64,000 nucleotides of DNA from Planctomycetota bacterium (GTDB lineage Bacteria > Planctomycetota > MHYJ01 > WSZJ01), in assembly GCA_038060895.1 (NCBI GenBank), contig JBBTCT010000002.1:192001-256000 (forward strand), given 5' to 3'. Shown here in pieces: positions 1 to 9,375 of the stretch. The position numbers and the translations under genes were made by a program. Positions within the stretch are counted from its first letter, which is position 1; each line of letters starts with the position of its first letter. The notes beneath the pieces are model-generated. The model did no database searches and was not told the origin of the DNA. It worked only from the letters and a program-made list of their open reading frames with translations.

Positions 1-620
1 GGCCCCGGGGCACCCTCCGGGAGCGGATCGGCCCCGGGGTACAGGACCCACGCCCCCGGCGGCGGCTCGAATTCCATCCGGCTGTCCCGCTCGGCCCTGT
101 CAGCCAGCTCGCAGTTCGTCATCGCCAGCGCCGCAATCCGCGCCGAATTCGTGCGGCGCCGCGACTCGTGCTCGTGGCGCAGAATGACGAAGCGCGTCCG
201 GGTCTCGATGCGCCTGACGTCGCCGCAGAGGCACAGCGGCAGATCCAGGCGGCACCGCTCGCAGATCGGAGGCGTCGCCGCTACGCCGGCGCGCCGCCAC
301 TTCTCTGCCAGGCGCTCCAGCGCCGCGGTCTCGCCGGCCTGAAGGAGAAGCGACGCGCCCCGCGCGTGGCACTTCCGCGCCTCGTTGATCTTCCCCAGCT
401 CCAGCAGTGCCGCGCCGAATTCTCCCAGGCGGAGGCCTTTGAGTCGCAGCGCCGCACCGCGCGTCGCGGGCGGTTCCGTTGAAGCGGGTGTCCGCCGTCC
501 CAGGAGGTCGTCCAGCAGCGACTGCGCGTGCGCGAGAAGTCGCGCGCGCTCCGGCGAAATGCGGTCGTCCGCGGCGTCGAGCAGGGGAGGGTGTCGAAGC
601 GGATCGGGGGCCCGGTTCAC
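1..620 (-). CDS. DTW-domain protein (TapT/YfiP-like tRNA aminocarboxypropyltransferase) with N-terminal helical extension; runs off the window edge
   Basis: Not in the ORF track. Hand translation from GTG 620 (GTGA overlap with the GNAT stop) is open to the edge: ...PPICERCRLDLPLCLCGDVRRIETRTRFVILRHEHESRRRTNSARIA...WVLYPG, which matches the N-terminal CxxC/H-E-TN pattern of DTW proteins. Confidence 0.75.
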   Translation of the reverse strand, partial: MNRAPDPLRHPPLLDAADDRISPERARLLAHAQSLLDDLLGRRTPASTEPPATRGAALRLKGLRLGEFGAALLELGKINEARKCHARGASLLLQAGETAALERLAEKWRRAGVAATPPICERCRLDLPLCLCGDVRRIETRTRFVILRHEHESRRRTNSARIAALAMTNCELADRAERDSRMEFEPPPGAWVLYPGADPLPEGAPG

Positions 621-1150
621 GGGCGCGTTGTCCCCAGCGATATCCAGTACCGCCGCTTCCGCACGGCCTGGCCGGGCACTTCCACCGTGTTTTCCAGCAC
701 GCCGCCGCAGGACTCGATAACTTTCCACGAGCCCACGTTGTCGTCGTCGCACGTCAGGAGAAGCCTGTCGATCCCGCAGGCGCGGACGAGCGGAAGAGTC
801 TGCCTCAACATCTCGCGGGCGTAGCCTCGCCGGCGGAACGAAGGGACGACGCCGTATCCGACGTGGCCGCCGATGCGAAGGAGGAAGTCGTTCAGGCGGT
901 GGCGAAATGAAACCCGCCCCACCCCGGCGCCGTCCACGACCCCGACGAGAAACGTGCTCGGGACGTAATTCTCGGGCAGCTCTTCGCCGCGCGTCCAGGC
1001 GGCCAGCCTCCGGACGTACGCCGGGAAATCGGTCACCCCGTCGAAGAAAAACGCGAAAGCCCACTCGGGATCGGAGACCCTGAACTCCTCGACGGCCTTT
1101 CGAAAGGAGGGCTCGTCGGAATCGGTCAGTTCGCGAAGCACCAGGGGCAA
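617..1150 (-). CDS. GNAT family N-acetyltransferase
   Basis: GGHVGYGVVPSFRRRGYA acetyl-CoA motif and LTCDDDNVGSWKVIE; start placed at TTG 1150 rather than 1333. Confidence 0.85.
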   Translation of the reverse strand: MPLVLRELTDSDEPSFRKAVEEFRVSDPEWAFAFFFDGVTDFPAYVRRLAAWTRGEELPENYVPSTFLVGVVDGAGVGRVSFRHRLNDFLLRIGGHVGYGVVPSFRRRGYAREMLRQTLPLVRACGIDRLLLTCDDDNVGSWKVIESCGGVLENTVEVPGQAVRKRRYWISLGTTRP

Positions 1151-1287
1151 GAAGGGGATTCTCCTGAGAAACGAGCGCGGGCACGGAACAGTCTCGCTTG
1201 AGGCGCTCCGGAATTGAAACGAATAGACGGAAGGCCGGAGTCCGCGGCCTCTGCGGCAACAGCCCGGGCGAAAGACGCTTCCGTCGC

Positions 1288-2700
1288 TCAGCCGGTATTC
1301 CCATCGAACGCCGTCACGGAAGCCTTCGCGCACGCCGAGCGCATGTCACCGCGGAGGCGCTCAACTTCACCGGCGTCGCCCAGGCCCACGAGGATCGCGA
1401 AGTTCTCGCGCCAGAGCGCGGAGGCTTCAGCGACCAGTCCCCGCGCCAGGAGGCACAGAGCGAGCGCGCAGCCGTGGCTTCCCTCGGAATTCCTGTTCCT
1501 CACCACCCGGTGCAGGACGAGGGCGCTTTCCAGGAAGCGCTCCGCGAGGTCCGGCCGGCCGGAAGCGAGATGCAGCATGCCCATGTGTCCCAGGGCGATT
1601 CCCTCGAAGCGGCGGTCGCCGACGTCGCGGTAGATCGGAAGCGCCTCTTCGTACGTCCGCAGGCTCTGCGCGATGTCGCCCCGGGCGTTGTGCAGGAACG
1701 CGCGCAGGCCCAGGCAGTATCCCTCGGATCGCCGATGGCCGGTCCGGCGGTGAATATCGAGCGCCTGCGCGCAGGTCCGCTCGGCCAGTTCCATCCGGCC
1801 GAGTTGCGCGTACAGGCTGGCCAGGCTGCCCACGATGACGCCCTCCGAACGGAGGTCCCCTGTCTCGCGGAAATACGCCACCGTCTCGAGGTAGGTCTGT
1901 TCCGACAACTCGAGCCGGCCCGTCTGCCGGTACAGGCTCGCCGCGTTGACGAGCGTCGAAGCCGTGTACTGGCGGTCACCGACTTCGCGCAGGATCGCGA
2001 GCGCCTGGTCAAAACTCCTCTCGGCCTCCGCCAGCCGCCCGGTTTCTTCGTACAGGACCGCGAGCGCGCCGAGGTCGATCCCCTCGGAGCGCCGGTTGCC
2101 GACGCTCCGGTGAATCTCAATCGCCCGCCGCAGCATTTCCTCCGCTTCCGGCATCCGTCCCGCAGCCTTCTGCCGCCCCGCGAGGTCGCCGAGCGTCACA
2201 CCCTCCCGGCGCACGTCCCCGCTCCGACGAAACTGCTCCAGCGCTTCCTTCAGCAGATCCACAGATTCCTGCGTTCTGCCGAGGGCGTAGGCGCTCAGCC
2301 CGGCGCGGCGAAGCGACTCGGCGCGGTCCGCCTCGACGGCGATCGCGGCCAGTTCTTTCCAGAACGTGCAGCCTGCGTCGAGCCGCAACGAAGCATCCGC
2401 GGTCTCAGCGGCGCGGCGCAGGTAGGCGACGAGCGCGCCGCCGTGCCCGTCGACGGATGCGCCGGACCGGCGCAGGTGCGCGACCAGCTCTTCCGCGAAC
2501 GGATCCGTCGCGTGTTTCGGGAAGAAGGGAGGCGCCGCACAGTTCAGCGGAGGTGGCTCGGGCGGGCGGCCTCCCGCGAGCGCTTCGATCGCCTCAAAGG
2601 CATGGGCATGAAGCCGCGCTCGGTCGCCGGGGAGCTGGAGCTGGTACGCGGCGTCGCGGAGAAGGGCGTGTCTGAAAATGTAGGCGTTTTCGGCGTGCAG
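1288..2700 (-). CDS. TPR-repeat protein (~470 aa) with N-terminal FRHALLRDAAY motif; probable CTG start
   Basis: About 40-aa TPR repeats (…HRSVGNRRSEGIDLGALA…). The frame stays open 104 codons upstream of the called TTG 2388 to CTG 2700; in-frame TGA at 2752-2754. Confidence 0.75.
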   Translation of the reverse strand: MHAENAYIFRHALLRDAAYQLQLPGDRARLHAHAFEAIEALAGGRPPEPPPLNCAAPPFFPKHATDPFAEELVAHLRRSGASVDGHGGALVAYLRRAAETADASLRLDAGCTFWKELAAIAVEADRAESLRRAGLSAYALGRTQESVDLLKEALEQFRRSGDVRREGVTLGDLAGRQKAAGRMPEAEEMLRRAIEIHRSVGNRRSEGIDLGALAVLYEETGRLAEAERSFDQALAILREVGDRQYTASTLVNAASLYRQTGRLELSEQTYLETVAYFRETGDLRSEGVIVGSLASLYAQLGRMELAERTCAQALDIHRRTGHRRSEGYCLGLRAFLHNARGDIAQSLRTYEEALPIYRDVGDRRFEGIALGHMGMLHLASGRPDLAERFLESALVLHRVVRNRNSEGSHGCALALCLLARGLVAEASALWRENFAILVGLGDAGEVERLRGDMRSACAKASVTAFDGNTG

Positions 2701-2857
2701 AGGAGTCAGTTTACGGGGGTGGCGGCCTTCTTTTGGTTGATGAACCGAATCTCAAACCAGTTCTTGCACCGCACGGTCAGCCTTCTCAAACTGAGCCAGT
2801 CAGAACTGGATTCGGAGTAACATCGACCTCGATTCGAATTGAGGCGCGGAGAAGCGA

Positions 2858-5158
2858 ATGCGGCTTAGCAGGCTCTGGACGGCGCTCGTGGTAGTCGCAT
2901 CTGTGTCATGTGGCAAGAAGTCCGAGCCGACGCCCGCAGTGCCACCAACGTCCCCCTTGGTGCCGTCCAAACCAGTTTCTACGGCAGCGAATTTCGCCAA
3001 TGAAAGTGCGGCGCTGCTGAAAGTGGGGATTGAGAAACGGTTGGCTGGCGATCGGAAGGGATTGATTTCCGCGGCGGAGTCACTTCGATCCTTGTCGGCG
3101 CAGGCCGCCGAGGCGCGTCCCGCCGATCCGCTGCCGGACCTGGCCCTGGCGCGGATGGCGAGGGTGACCGGCGACGCAGAGGCGGAGCGGGCCGCGCTGG
3201 CCGCAGCCGAGCGCAAGTCACCCGGGAGCCCGGCCGTTGCCGATGAACTCTTCCTTTCGACGTTGGTCGACGCATGCGCCGCCGCGGCGCAGCAAGCGCT
3301 GCAGGCGGAGGTCGAAGAGTGGGCTTCGTTCGTTCTGGAGCAAGAGCCCGGTCATGTGCGGCCGCGCCCCGAAAGACCGCCGGCAGCACCTGCGGCGCTC
3401 CGTGAGGCAGTGACCGGAGTGCCCGCACTTGCGGCCGCGCTGAAGGCCTTCGCGGCGGGCGACCTCAAGGAGGCGGCGAGCCGGTCCGCCGCCGCCGAGC
3501 GCGAGATGCTGCCCCCCGACCCGGCGACGGCGCTGCGATTGCTGGCGGGCGACGCGATCGTGGGGAACCTTGCGAACGATCGGCTCGCGGCCATTCGCAC
3601 CTTCGTCGAGGCGCGCGCGTCATTCCAGGGAGGAGTCCTCCTGGCGCCAGAGGACGTGCTGAAACAGCGCGAAAAACTCACTTCCTTGCCGGCGGAAATT
3701 CGGGCTCTCTTGTCCGCGGCTGCGGCCGCACGGGTGCTTTCACTGGACGCGCCGGGAGACACCGAAGCGCTTTGGAGAGTCGGGAACGTCGCACTGAGGG
3801 CATTAGCAATCAGCAGTCTTGCCGCGTCGCCCTGCACGCCTCCCGACAAGGGAGTTCCTTTGGCTGAGAAGGCGCTGGGGGACCTTCGATCCAGCAAGGA
3901 GTTGCTCGCAAAGGACCCGCGCTGCCTCATGGCGGAAGGTGTCCTGCTCCTGCGGCTTGCTGAAATCGAACCGGCAGGTCCAAAGCGGCGCGAGCGTGCC
4001 AAGGCCTGCCTCTCCTGGGCGGAGGCCGCGTCCTCCAGCCTGAAGACGCTTCACAAATTTGTCGAGTTGCGCGCCATGTCACGGCTCCTGGTCCGCGAAT
4101 TCATGTGGACAGACGCGCCAAAGTCGGTGATCGACGAAATGCGCGCAGCTCGTGTCGCCGCAGCGAAGGAGACGAGTGAAGAATTGCTGAAGTCTCCCGG
4201 CTGCACGGCCTGTCTGACGATCAGGTCGTCCTCGCGCAGGTGGACTGATCCGGATCGCGTGTTCGACGATGTTCTTGAAGCGCGTAAGGGAGGCGCCGTG
4301 GCGCTCGATCATCTGCTGGAGAGCGCCAGGGGTCCCGGCGTCTACAGGGGCAGGACGCCGTCGACGGAAGACGAAGCGCGAAGCCGGAGAAGTGCCGCGG
4401 AAACCCTCCTCCGAATCCGTCCCGAGACATGGACCTCGCACTACACCCGCATGCAAGCGCTCGTGTTCGGAACCCTCTTCTGCAGAGCCTTCCCAATTGA
4501 AGAGGCCACGAAATTGGCATTGGAGAACCTGTCGGCGGGAACCGCTGCTGCTGGAGAGGAGAGTGTCGAGGTTTTCCTCTTGCTGGTGCGCCTGATACCG
4601 CTGCCTCCCCCGGAATCTCCTCGCGATCGCGCGGAGGCGCACCAGGTCCCCCTGGCGCGCATCGACGAGATGCTGGCGAGTCACCCTGAGAATTACGGTC
4701 TGATCCTGATGCGCGGGCGGTTCCAGCGGGAGGGCGCGGCTCTTCTAAAGGAAGTTGCAGACGACGCGCCGCACCTCTCGGCCGCCATTCGGGACCTGAC
4801 TCGCGCTGCGGAGCTTTCGCCGCGCGCGCTCAGGCCCTGGGAGGAGTTGGGCGCTCTTCGTCACATGCAGGCGCAGGCAATTTCTGGAGGCGCGCTGCGT
4901 GTACCAAAGCTTGAGCAAGCCGCCGCTGCTTACGACGAGGCCGTCAAGCGAGCCCCCTCTCTGGCGCCCCTCCGGGACACTCTCGGAGACGTCAGGAACG
5001 AGCTTTACACGATCAAGCACCGCTTGGGCAAAGAGGATTCGAAGCTCATGCAAGCGGCCATCGATGACTGGAACGCAGCGGCGTCCCTTGATCCGCTCCT
5101 CAGGTCAATCGTTGAAGCCAAAATCAAAGGCATCCAGGCGGAATCCCGAAAGAAATGA
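2858..5158 (+). CDS. large helical/TPR-like lipoprotein
   Basis: Lipobox (VASVSC), Pro-rich linker, Ala/Leu-rich helical repeats. Confidence 0.7.
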   Translation: MRLSRLWTALVVVASVSCGKKSEPTPAVPPTSPLVPSKPVSTAANFANESAALLKVGIEKRLAGDRKGLISAAESLRSLSAQAAEARPADPLPDLALARMARVTGDAEAERAALAAAERKSPGSPAVADELFLSTLVDACAAAAQQALQAEVEEWASFVLEQEPGHVRPRPERPPAAPAALREAVTGVPALAAALKAFAAGDLKEAASRSAAAEREMLPPDPATALRLLAGDAIVGNLANDRLAAIRTFVEARASFQGGVLLAPEDVLKQREKLTSLPAEIRALLSAAAAARVLSLDAPGDTEALWRVGNVALRALAISSLAASPCTPPDKGVPLAEKALGDLRSSKELLAKDPRCLMAEGVLLLRLAEIEPAGPKRRERAKACLSWAEAASSSLKTLHKFVELRAMSRLLVREFMWTDAPKSVIDEMRAARVAAAKETSEELLKSPGCTACLTIRSSSRRWTDPDRVFDDVLEARKGGAVALDHLLESARGPGVYRGRTPSTEDEARSRRSAAETLLRIRPETWTSHYTRMQALVFGTLFCRAFPIEEATKLALENLSAGTAAAGEESVEVFLLLVRLIPLPPPESPRDRAEAHQVPLARIDEMLASHPENYGLILMRGRFQREGAALLKEVADDAPHLSAAIRDLTRAAELSPRALRPWEELGALRHMQAQAISGGALRVPKLEQAAAAYDEAVKRAPSLAPLRDTLGDVRNELYTIKHRLGKEDSKLMQAAIDDWNAAASLDPLLRSIVEAKIKGIQAESRKK

Positions 5159-5262
5159 GCCGGCCCGGGCGCGTTACGATGCACTTGCCGGACCTTCGGC
5201 GAATGTGCAGGTATTTCGCGCGGACGAAGAAACTCACGGATACGTTCAAGAGGAAGATCTCC

Positions 5263-6228
5263 ATGCGCACGGCCACATTGCTGTTCGCCCTCGCTGCCTT
5301 CGCCCGCGCCGAATCCGCGCCCGAAGAACAAACGCTTCGGGATTCGACCGATTCCATCGTGAAGAGCGTCACGAGCATGGATCTCGAAAAGGTCGCAGGC
5401 GCATTCTCGAAGGACGCCGTCGCCTGGCTGGAATCTCCAGAGGGAGCTGCCGCGTACAAGCCGTACCTCGACGACTCCGACAATTGCGCGCACCTGCTGC
5501 GGATGAAAAGGGCTGAGGTCAAGAAGCTGGCCCCCGCGGCGTTCGCGAAGCGACTCGCCGCCGGATTCGTGGCCATGGATCCCGAGACGACGTCCAAAAT
5601 GGCGTACCTCAAGTTCCGCGCCGACGGCGCCGAACGCGTCGTCCAGGTCGAGTCCACCGACCCGCTACGCGGCACCGGCCGCGGACACTACCGCTTTGTG
5701 CTCGACGGCGGCGCGTGGAAACTCACGAAGTCCTGGGTGTCGCGCCTTCATGAAATGTACGTCTGTCGCAGCCGGATCATGCAGGTCGGGATCTACCTGG
5801 CCCTGTATGAATCCAAGGAGAAGGACTACCCGGGTGACATCGAGGGGCTGAAGCGTCCCGACCTGATTGAGAAGGGAAAGGACGACGTGCTCGCCTGCCC
5901 CCAATCCCGCGAACCCTACGTCTACCTGTTTCCCCTCGAGGGTGATGTGACCCCGGGGGGGCGCTTCATGCTCTACGACAAGAAGCCGCACGCGGACGGG
6001 ACGCGAATCGTTGTTCCGTTCATGGGCGCCGGCGCCTGGCTGGACGAGGCCCAGTTTCAGGAGGTGCTGCGCAAGGATCTCGACGCGATCCAGGCAAAGC
6101 TTCCCGAGATTGAGAAGAAGGTGCAGGCCGGGCTCAGCGACGCGGATGCGAAGAATAAGGCGGCTGCAGAGAGGTGGCAAAAGGGGTTGTCCGGCCTGCG
6201 GAGCGTCATCAAGGGCGCCGGGAAGTAG
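5263..6228 (+). CDS. secreted hypothetical protein; C-terminal half resembles the globular domain of pseudopilin/DUF1559-like proteins
   Basis: ATG 5263 after GAGGA, signal peptide (…AFARA), segment CRSRIMQVGIYLALY…YP…LACP…H. Confidence 0.6.
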   Translation: MRTATLLFALAAFARAESAPEEQTLRDSTDSIVKSVTSMDLEKVAGAFSKDAVAWLESPEGAAAYKPYLDDSDNCAHLLRMKRAEVKKLAPAAFAKRLAAGFVAMDPETTSKMAYLKFRADGAERVVQVESTDPLRGTGRGHYRFVLDGGAWKLTKSWVSRLHEMYVCRSRIMQVGIYLALYESKEKDYPGDIEGLKRPDLIEKGKDDVLACPQSREPYVYLFPLEGDVTPGGRFMLYDKKPHADGTRIVVPFMGAGAWLDEAQFQEVLRKDLDAIQAKLPEIEKKVQAGLSDADAKNKAAAERWQKGLSGLRSVIKGAGK

Positions 6229-6296
6229 TGTCCGACGTCCCTATCTCCCGCCGCTTCGCATCGGCGGGCCGTCGTCTTGGATACAATGTGCTGAGC

Positions 6297-6548
6297 ATGC
6301 TCTCGCACAATCTCGACATCCCTGAAGATGCCCTCAAAGCGGTCCAACTCGATCCGCAAGCTGCTGCCGCGGACGTGCGTATCGCCGCGGCCATGAAGCT
6401 CTTTAATATGGGCCGGCTTTCTTCGGGTACAGCGGCGCGCCTCGCCGGCGTTTGTCGAGTTGAGTTCCTCGACCGCCTCGCCGAGTTCGGTGTGAACGCT
6501 TTCGACATGACCGAGGATGAACTCGCCTCCGACTGCGGTAATGTCTGA
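6297..6548 (+). CDS. UPF0175 family antitoxin-like HTH protein
   Basis: AAMKLFNMGRLSSGTAARLAGVCRVEFLDRL; paralogue of 9854-10105. Confidence 0.8.
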   Translation: MLSHNLDIPEDALKAVQLDPQAAAADVRIAAAMKLFNMGRLSSGTAARLAGVCRVEFLDRLAEFGVNAFDMTEDELASDCGNV

Positions 6549-6700
6549 AGTCTTCTGAAATAGCTCACTGGTCATCGGCGCACCTGTCAGGGCGCAGAAA
6601 TCGGTGTAGATGTCGACTCTCGACGTTGTGCGGTGACGGTTCCTCGTGGCATCGGACTTGTTGGTGGCGAGAGGGTGGTTCTCGATAGAACCGGATTTCA
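6541..6700 (+). pseudogene. degraded DUF3368 (PIN toxin) remnant; 3' end approximate
   Basis: ATGTCTGA overlap with the UPF0175 stop; reads MSEVF*NSSLVI versus MADVRIVNASPLI in the intact partner at 9861. Confidence 0.5.
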
Positions 6701-6762
6701 CGTCGGTAGTGGTACCTCAGGAATGACCATCCGTGATCTCAAAGTTCGGATTCAAGTAGCAC

Positions 6763-8586
6763 ATGCCGACACCTCAATCCTCCCGCAAACGCGTCTCCTG
6801 GACGGCAGCACTCGTCGTCAACGAGATTCGCAAGTTGCGAGAGCGCAGGATTTCTCCTTCTCAATCCTACGTTGTCGGGAATCACCCGGCGTTGTATGGG
6901 GCAGCCCAACGCCTGCTCGGCGGCTGGCGCAATGCACTGATTGCTGCCGGAGAGGAACCCGCGAAAGTAGCTCGGGAGTCCCGAGACGTCTCTAACGCGA
7001 CGCGCACCAAGTGGACGCACGACTTCATCATCAAGACCCTTCAGGAGCGAGCGAGGCTTGGGAAACCACTCAACTTCCTGAAAATGAGAGATTCTGGATT
7101 CGGGGGATTTCTTCGGGCCGCGGCCCGCGTTTTCGGGAGCTACGAAGCTGCAATCCGTGCAGCCGGTCTCTCATACGCCTCGATCAAGAGAGGAACCGAC
7201 TGGGTCTCAAATCCAGAGAAGGCAATTATCGGGGGCATTCGCGAACTCGCCTCTGCTAAGGTCGAGCTCAACATCAGTTCGGCGCAACATCACAGGTCTG
7301 GCCTGGTCACGGCAGCGATTACGCACTTCGGGTCGTGGGACTCCGCGCTTGTCGCAGCGGGCTTCGACCCCATAAACACACGGCTCGACCTCGACACTGA
7401 GGCGGGGAAGGGGCGTATTTTCCAGAATCTCTGCTACGACCTCTTCCAGGTGCTCCGTCCAAAATGGCGAGACGACCACCGCTGCAAGACCACGACAGGA
7501 GTGCTCCTCCCGGACGCTTACGACCCCGATACGCGCGAGTGGATTGATTTCAAGATTGCAGCATGGGGCATGTCCGTCCAGAAGAGCATCCGGAAGTACA
7601 GCGGATACGCTGACCACCTGCGATTGATCTGTCTGGCCGGACGGCGCAATTCAACCGAGCGCGTAACGTTTGAATCGATATTCGACTACGAAGGGGAGGC
7701 AATGACACCGACCCTACGCACGCTCTTTGAGAGAATGCGGTGCTTGGCAGCACACGACGTGCCGACGACCAGCTTCGAGGAGTGGGCGACACGCTGGACT
7801 CGCAGGGAAGTGATTCAAACCATCCAGAATCTTCCTCCGGACGAGCGCCACTCTCGGCACGCCCAACTTCACAACAAAGGAGCGTACAGCGCTGCAGTGC
7901 GGATGTTCGGTGGATGGTACGCGGCTGTTGAGGCGTCCGGCTTCGACGTAGAAGATGTGAGACGCCGCCGACCGGCATACACCAAGGGGGATGTTGACGC
8001 GTTCATCTCTGGTCGCTCCAGCTCCGGTCTTGGGCTGAGCGCGCGTGTCGCCACTGCAACCGCATCGGGCAGTGGTCTCTATCAGGCTGCGAGCCGGTTC
8101 TATGACAACTGGGCAGCCGCCCTCGCCGCAAATGGCCTGAAATACGACGACGTAAAACTGAAACCTGGACGCGAGCGATTCACAAAACAAGTCCTTGATC
8201 GCTTCATTCGCACGCGACACAACGCCCGCGAGAGATTGAACGCGACGACGGTTCGCGATCAGTTCAAGGGCGAGTATGGAGCGGCGTTTCGCATTTATGG
8301 CGGTTGGCGCCAAGCGGTCGAAGCAAACGGCATTTCATACCGTTCGGTCTCCGAGATCGTTCCTCCAAGACGAGTGACCCAGACCGAAGTTGATGCGTAT
8401 ATCCGGTCTCGGTCTCAGACAGGACTTCCACTGAACAGCCGCGCGGTGTGTCGGGACGACCGCCCGATTCACACAGCAGCATGCCGACGCTTTTACGGCA
8501 GCTGGAGCAACGCTTTGAAGGTCAATGGCATTGACTACGACACTGTCACGCTTCGCAGGAGGAGAAACCCACGGAGCCCTGGGTGA
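6763..8586 (+). CDS. protein with seven homing-endonuclease-associated-like repeats and a central PD-(D/E)xK nuclease-like domain
   Basis: Repeats ending F/YGSWxxAlxAAG (7 copies); central GRIFQNLC…LLPDAY…WIDFK; codon usage less GC-biased than the flanks. Confidence 0.7.
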   Translation: MPTPQSSRKRVSWTAALVVNEIRKLRERRISPSQSYVVGNHPALYGAAQRLLGGWRNALIAAGEEPAKVARESRDVSNATRTKWTHDFIIKTLQERARLGKPLNFLKMRDSGFGGFLRAAARVFGSYEAAIRAAGLSYASIKRGTDWVSNPEKAIIGGIRELASAKVELNISSAQHHRSGLVTAAITHFGSWDSALVAAGFDPINTRLDLDTEAGKGRIFQNLCYDLFQVLRPKWRDDHRCKTTTGVLLPDAYDPDTREWIDFKIAAWGMSVQKSIRKYSGYADHLRLICLAGRRNSTERVTFESIFDYEGEAMTPTLRTLFERMRCLAAHDVPTTSFEEWATRWTRREVIQTIQNLPPDERHSRHAQLHNKGAYSAAVRMFGGWYAAVEASGFDVEDVRRRRPAYTKGDVDAFISGRSSSGLGLSARVATATASGSGLYQAASRFYDNWAAALAANGLKYDDVKLKPGRERFTKQVLDRFIRTRHNARERLNATTVRDQFKGEYGAAFRIYGGWRQAVEANGISYRSVSEIVPPRRVTQTEVDAYIRSRSQTGLPLNSRAVCRDDRPIHTAACRRFYGSWSNALKVNGIDYDTVTLRRRRNPRSPG

Positions 8587-8639
8587 TCGATGCCCATGGC
8601 CTCTTGATCCACCGACGCCCGCTCGATATCCTCATACAC

Positions 8640-8867
8640 ATGAAACGTACAAATCTTGTGCTGAGCGAAGACCTGCTCAATGAGGCAACCCGCCTCTCGG
8701 GAGCGAAGACGTATTCGGGCACGGTCAATATGGCGCTTCGCGATTTCGTTCAGCGCATCAAAGCGCGACGCATCCTGTCGCTGACCGGATCCGGGCTCTG
8801 GGAGGGTGATCTGGCGGCCATGAGAGGGGACCGGCCGCGCCGGCGCGCGCGGGGAGCGGGCCGGTGA
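8640..8867 (+). CDS. vapB: type II antitoxin VapB (RHH)
   Basis: MKRTNLVLSEDLLNEATRLSG…VNMAL…WEGDL; GTGA overlap with the PIN gene. Confidence 0.85.
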   Translation: MKRTNLVLSEDLLNEATRLSGAKTYSGTVNMALRDFVQRIKARRILSLTGSGLWEGDLAAMRGDRPRRRARGAGR

Positions 8868-9253
8868 TTCTCGTCGATGCCTCCGTCTGGATCGAGACCT
8901 TCCGGGCGCGCAAGCCGCTCTCGATCGAATCGGTTCTGGAGTTTGACGAGATCGTCACCTGCCTCCCCGTCGTCCAGGAAGTCCTCCAGGGCTTTCGCGA
9001 CGAGCGCGCATTTCGCATCGCGAGAGAATCGCTCCTGGCGCTGCCCATCGTCGAGTCGCCCATCACGGCCGGACTGGCCGAGGAGGCCGTGGGTCTCTAC
9101 CGGGCCGCGCGACGGCAGGGAGTGACCGTGCGCTCCTCCGTCGATTGCCTCATCGCCGCGTGCGCGTTGCGGCATCAGCTTACCGTCCTGCATCGCGATC
9201 GGGACTTCTCTCAGCTTGCGCGAGTGTCGCCTCTGCAGCAGCGGAGCCTGTAG
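8864..9253 (+). CDS. vapC: PIN-domain ribonuclease toxin VapC
   Basis: ILVDASVWI…QEVLQG…SSVDCLIAACA…LHRDRDF acidic PIN residues. Confidence 0.9.
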   Translation: MILVDASVWIETFRARKPLSIESVLEFDEIVTCLPVVQEVLQGFRDERAFRIARESLLALPIVESPITAGLAEEAVGLYRAARRQGVTVRSSVDCLIAACALRHQLTVLHRDRDFSQLARVSPLQQRSL

Positions 9254-9375
9254 CGCGGGGAACTCCGCTCCCCATGCTGGCATCGCAGTACTGGCGCCGA
9301 AGGAAATTCCAGGGAAGGGGCAACTTCGAGCGAAGCGCCTGCGGTCAATATGGTTCTGGAAGGAGAAGTGGCTAA

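Noticed and set aside
1198-2820. 540-aa plus-strand ORF
   Set aside because: Antisense shadow of the TPR gene; no motifs, typical of high-GC DNA
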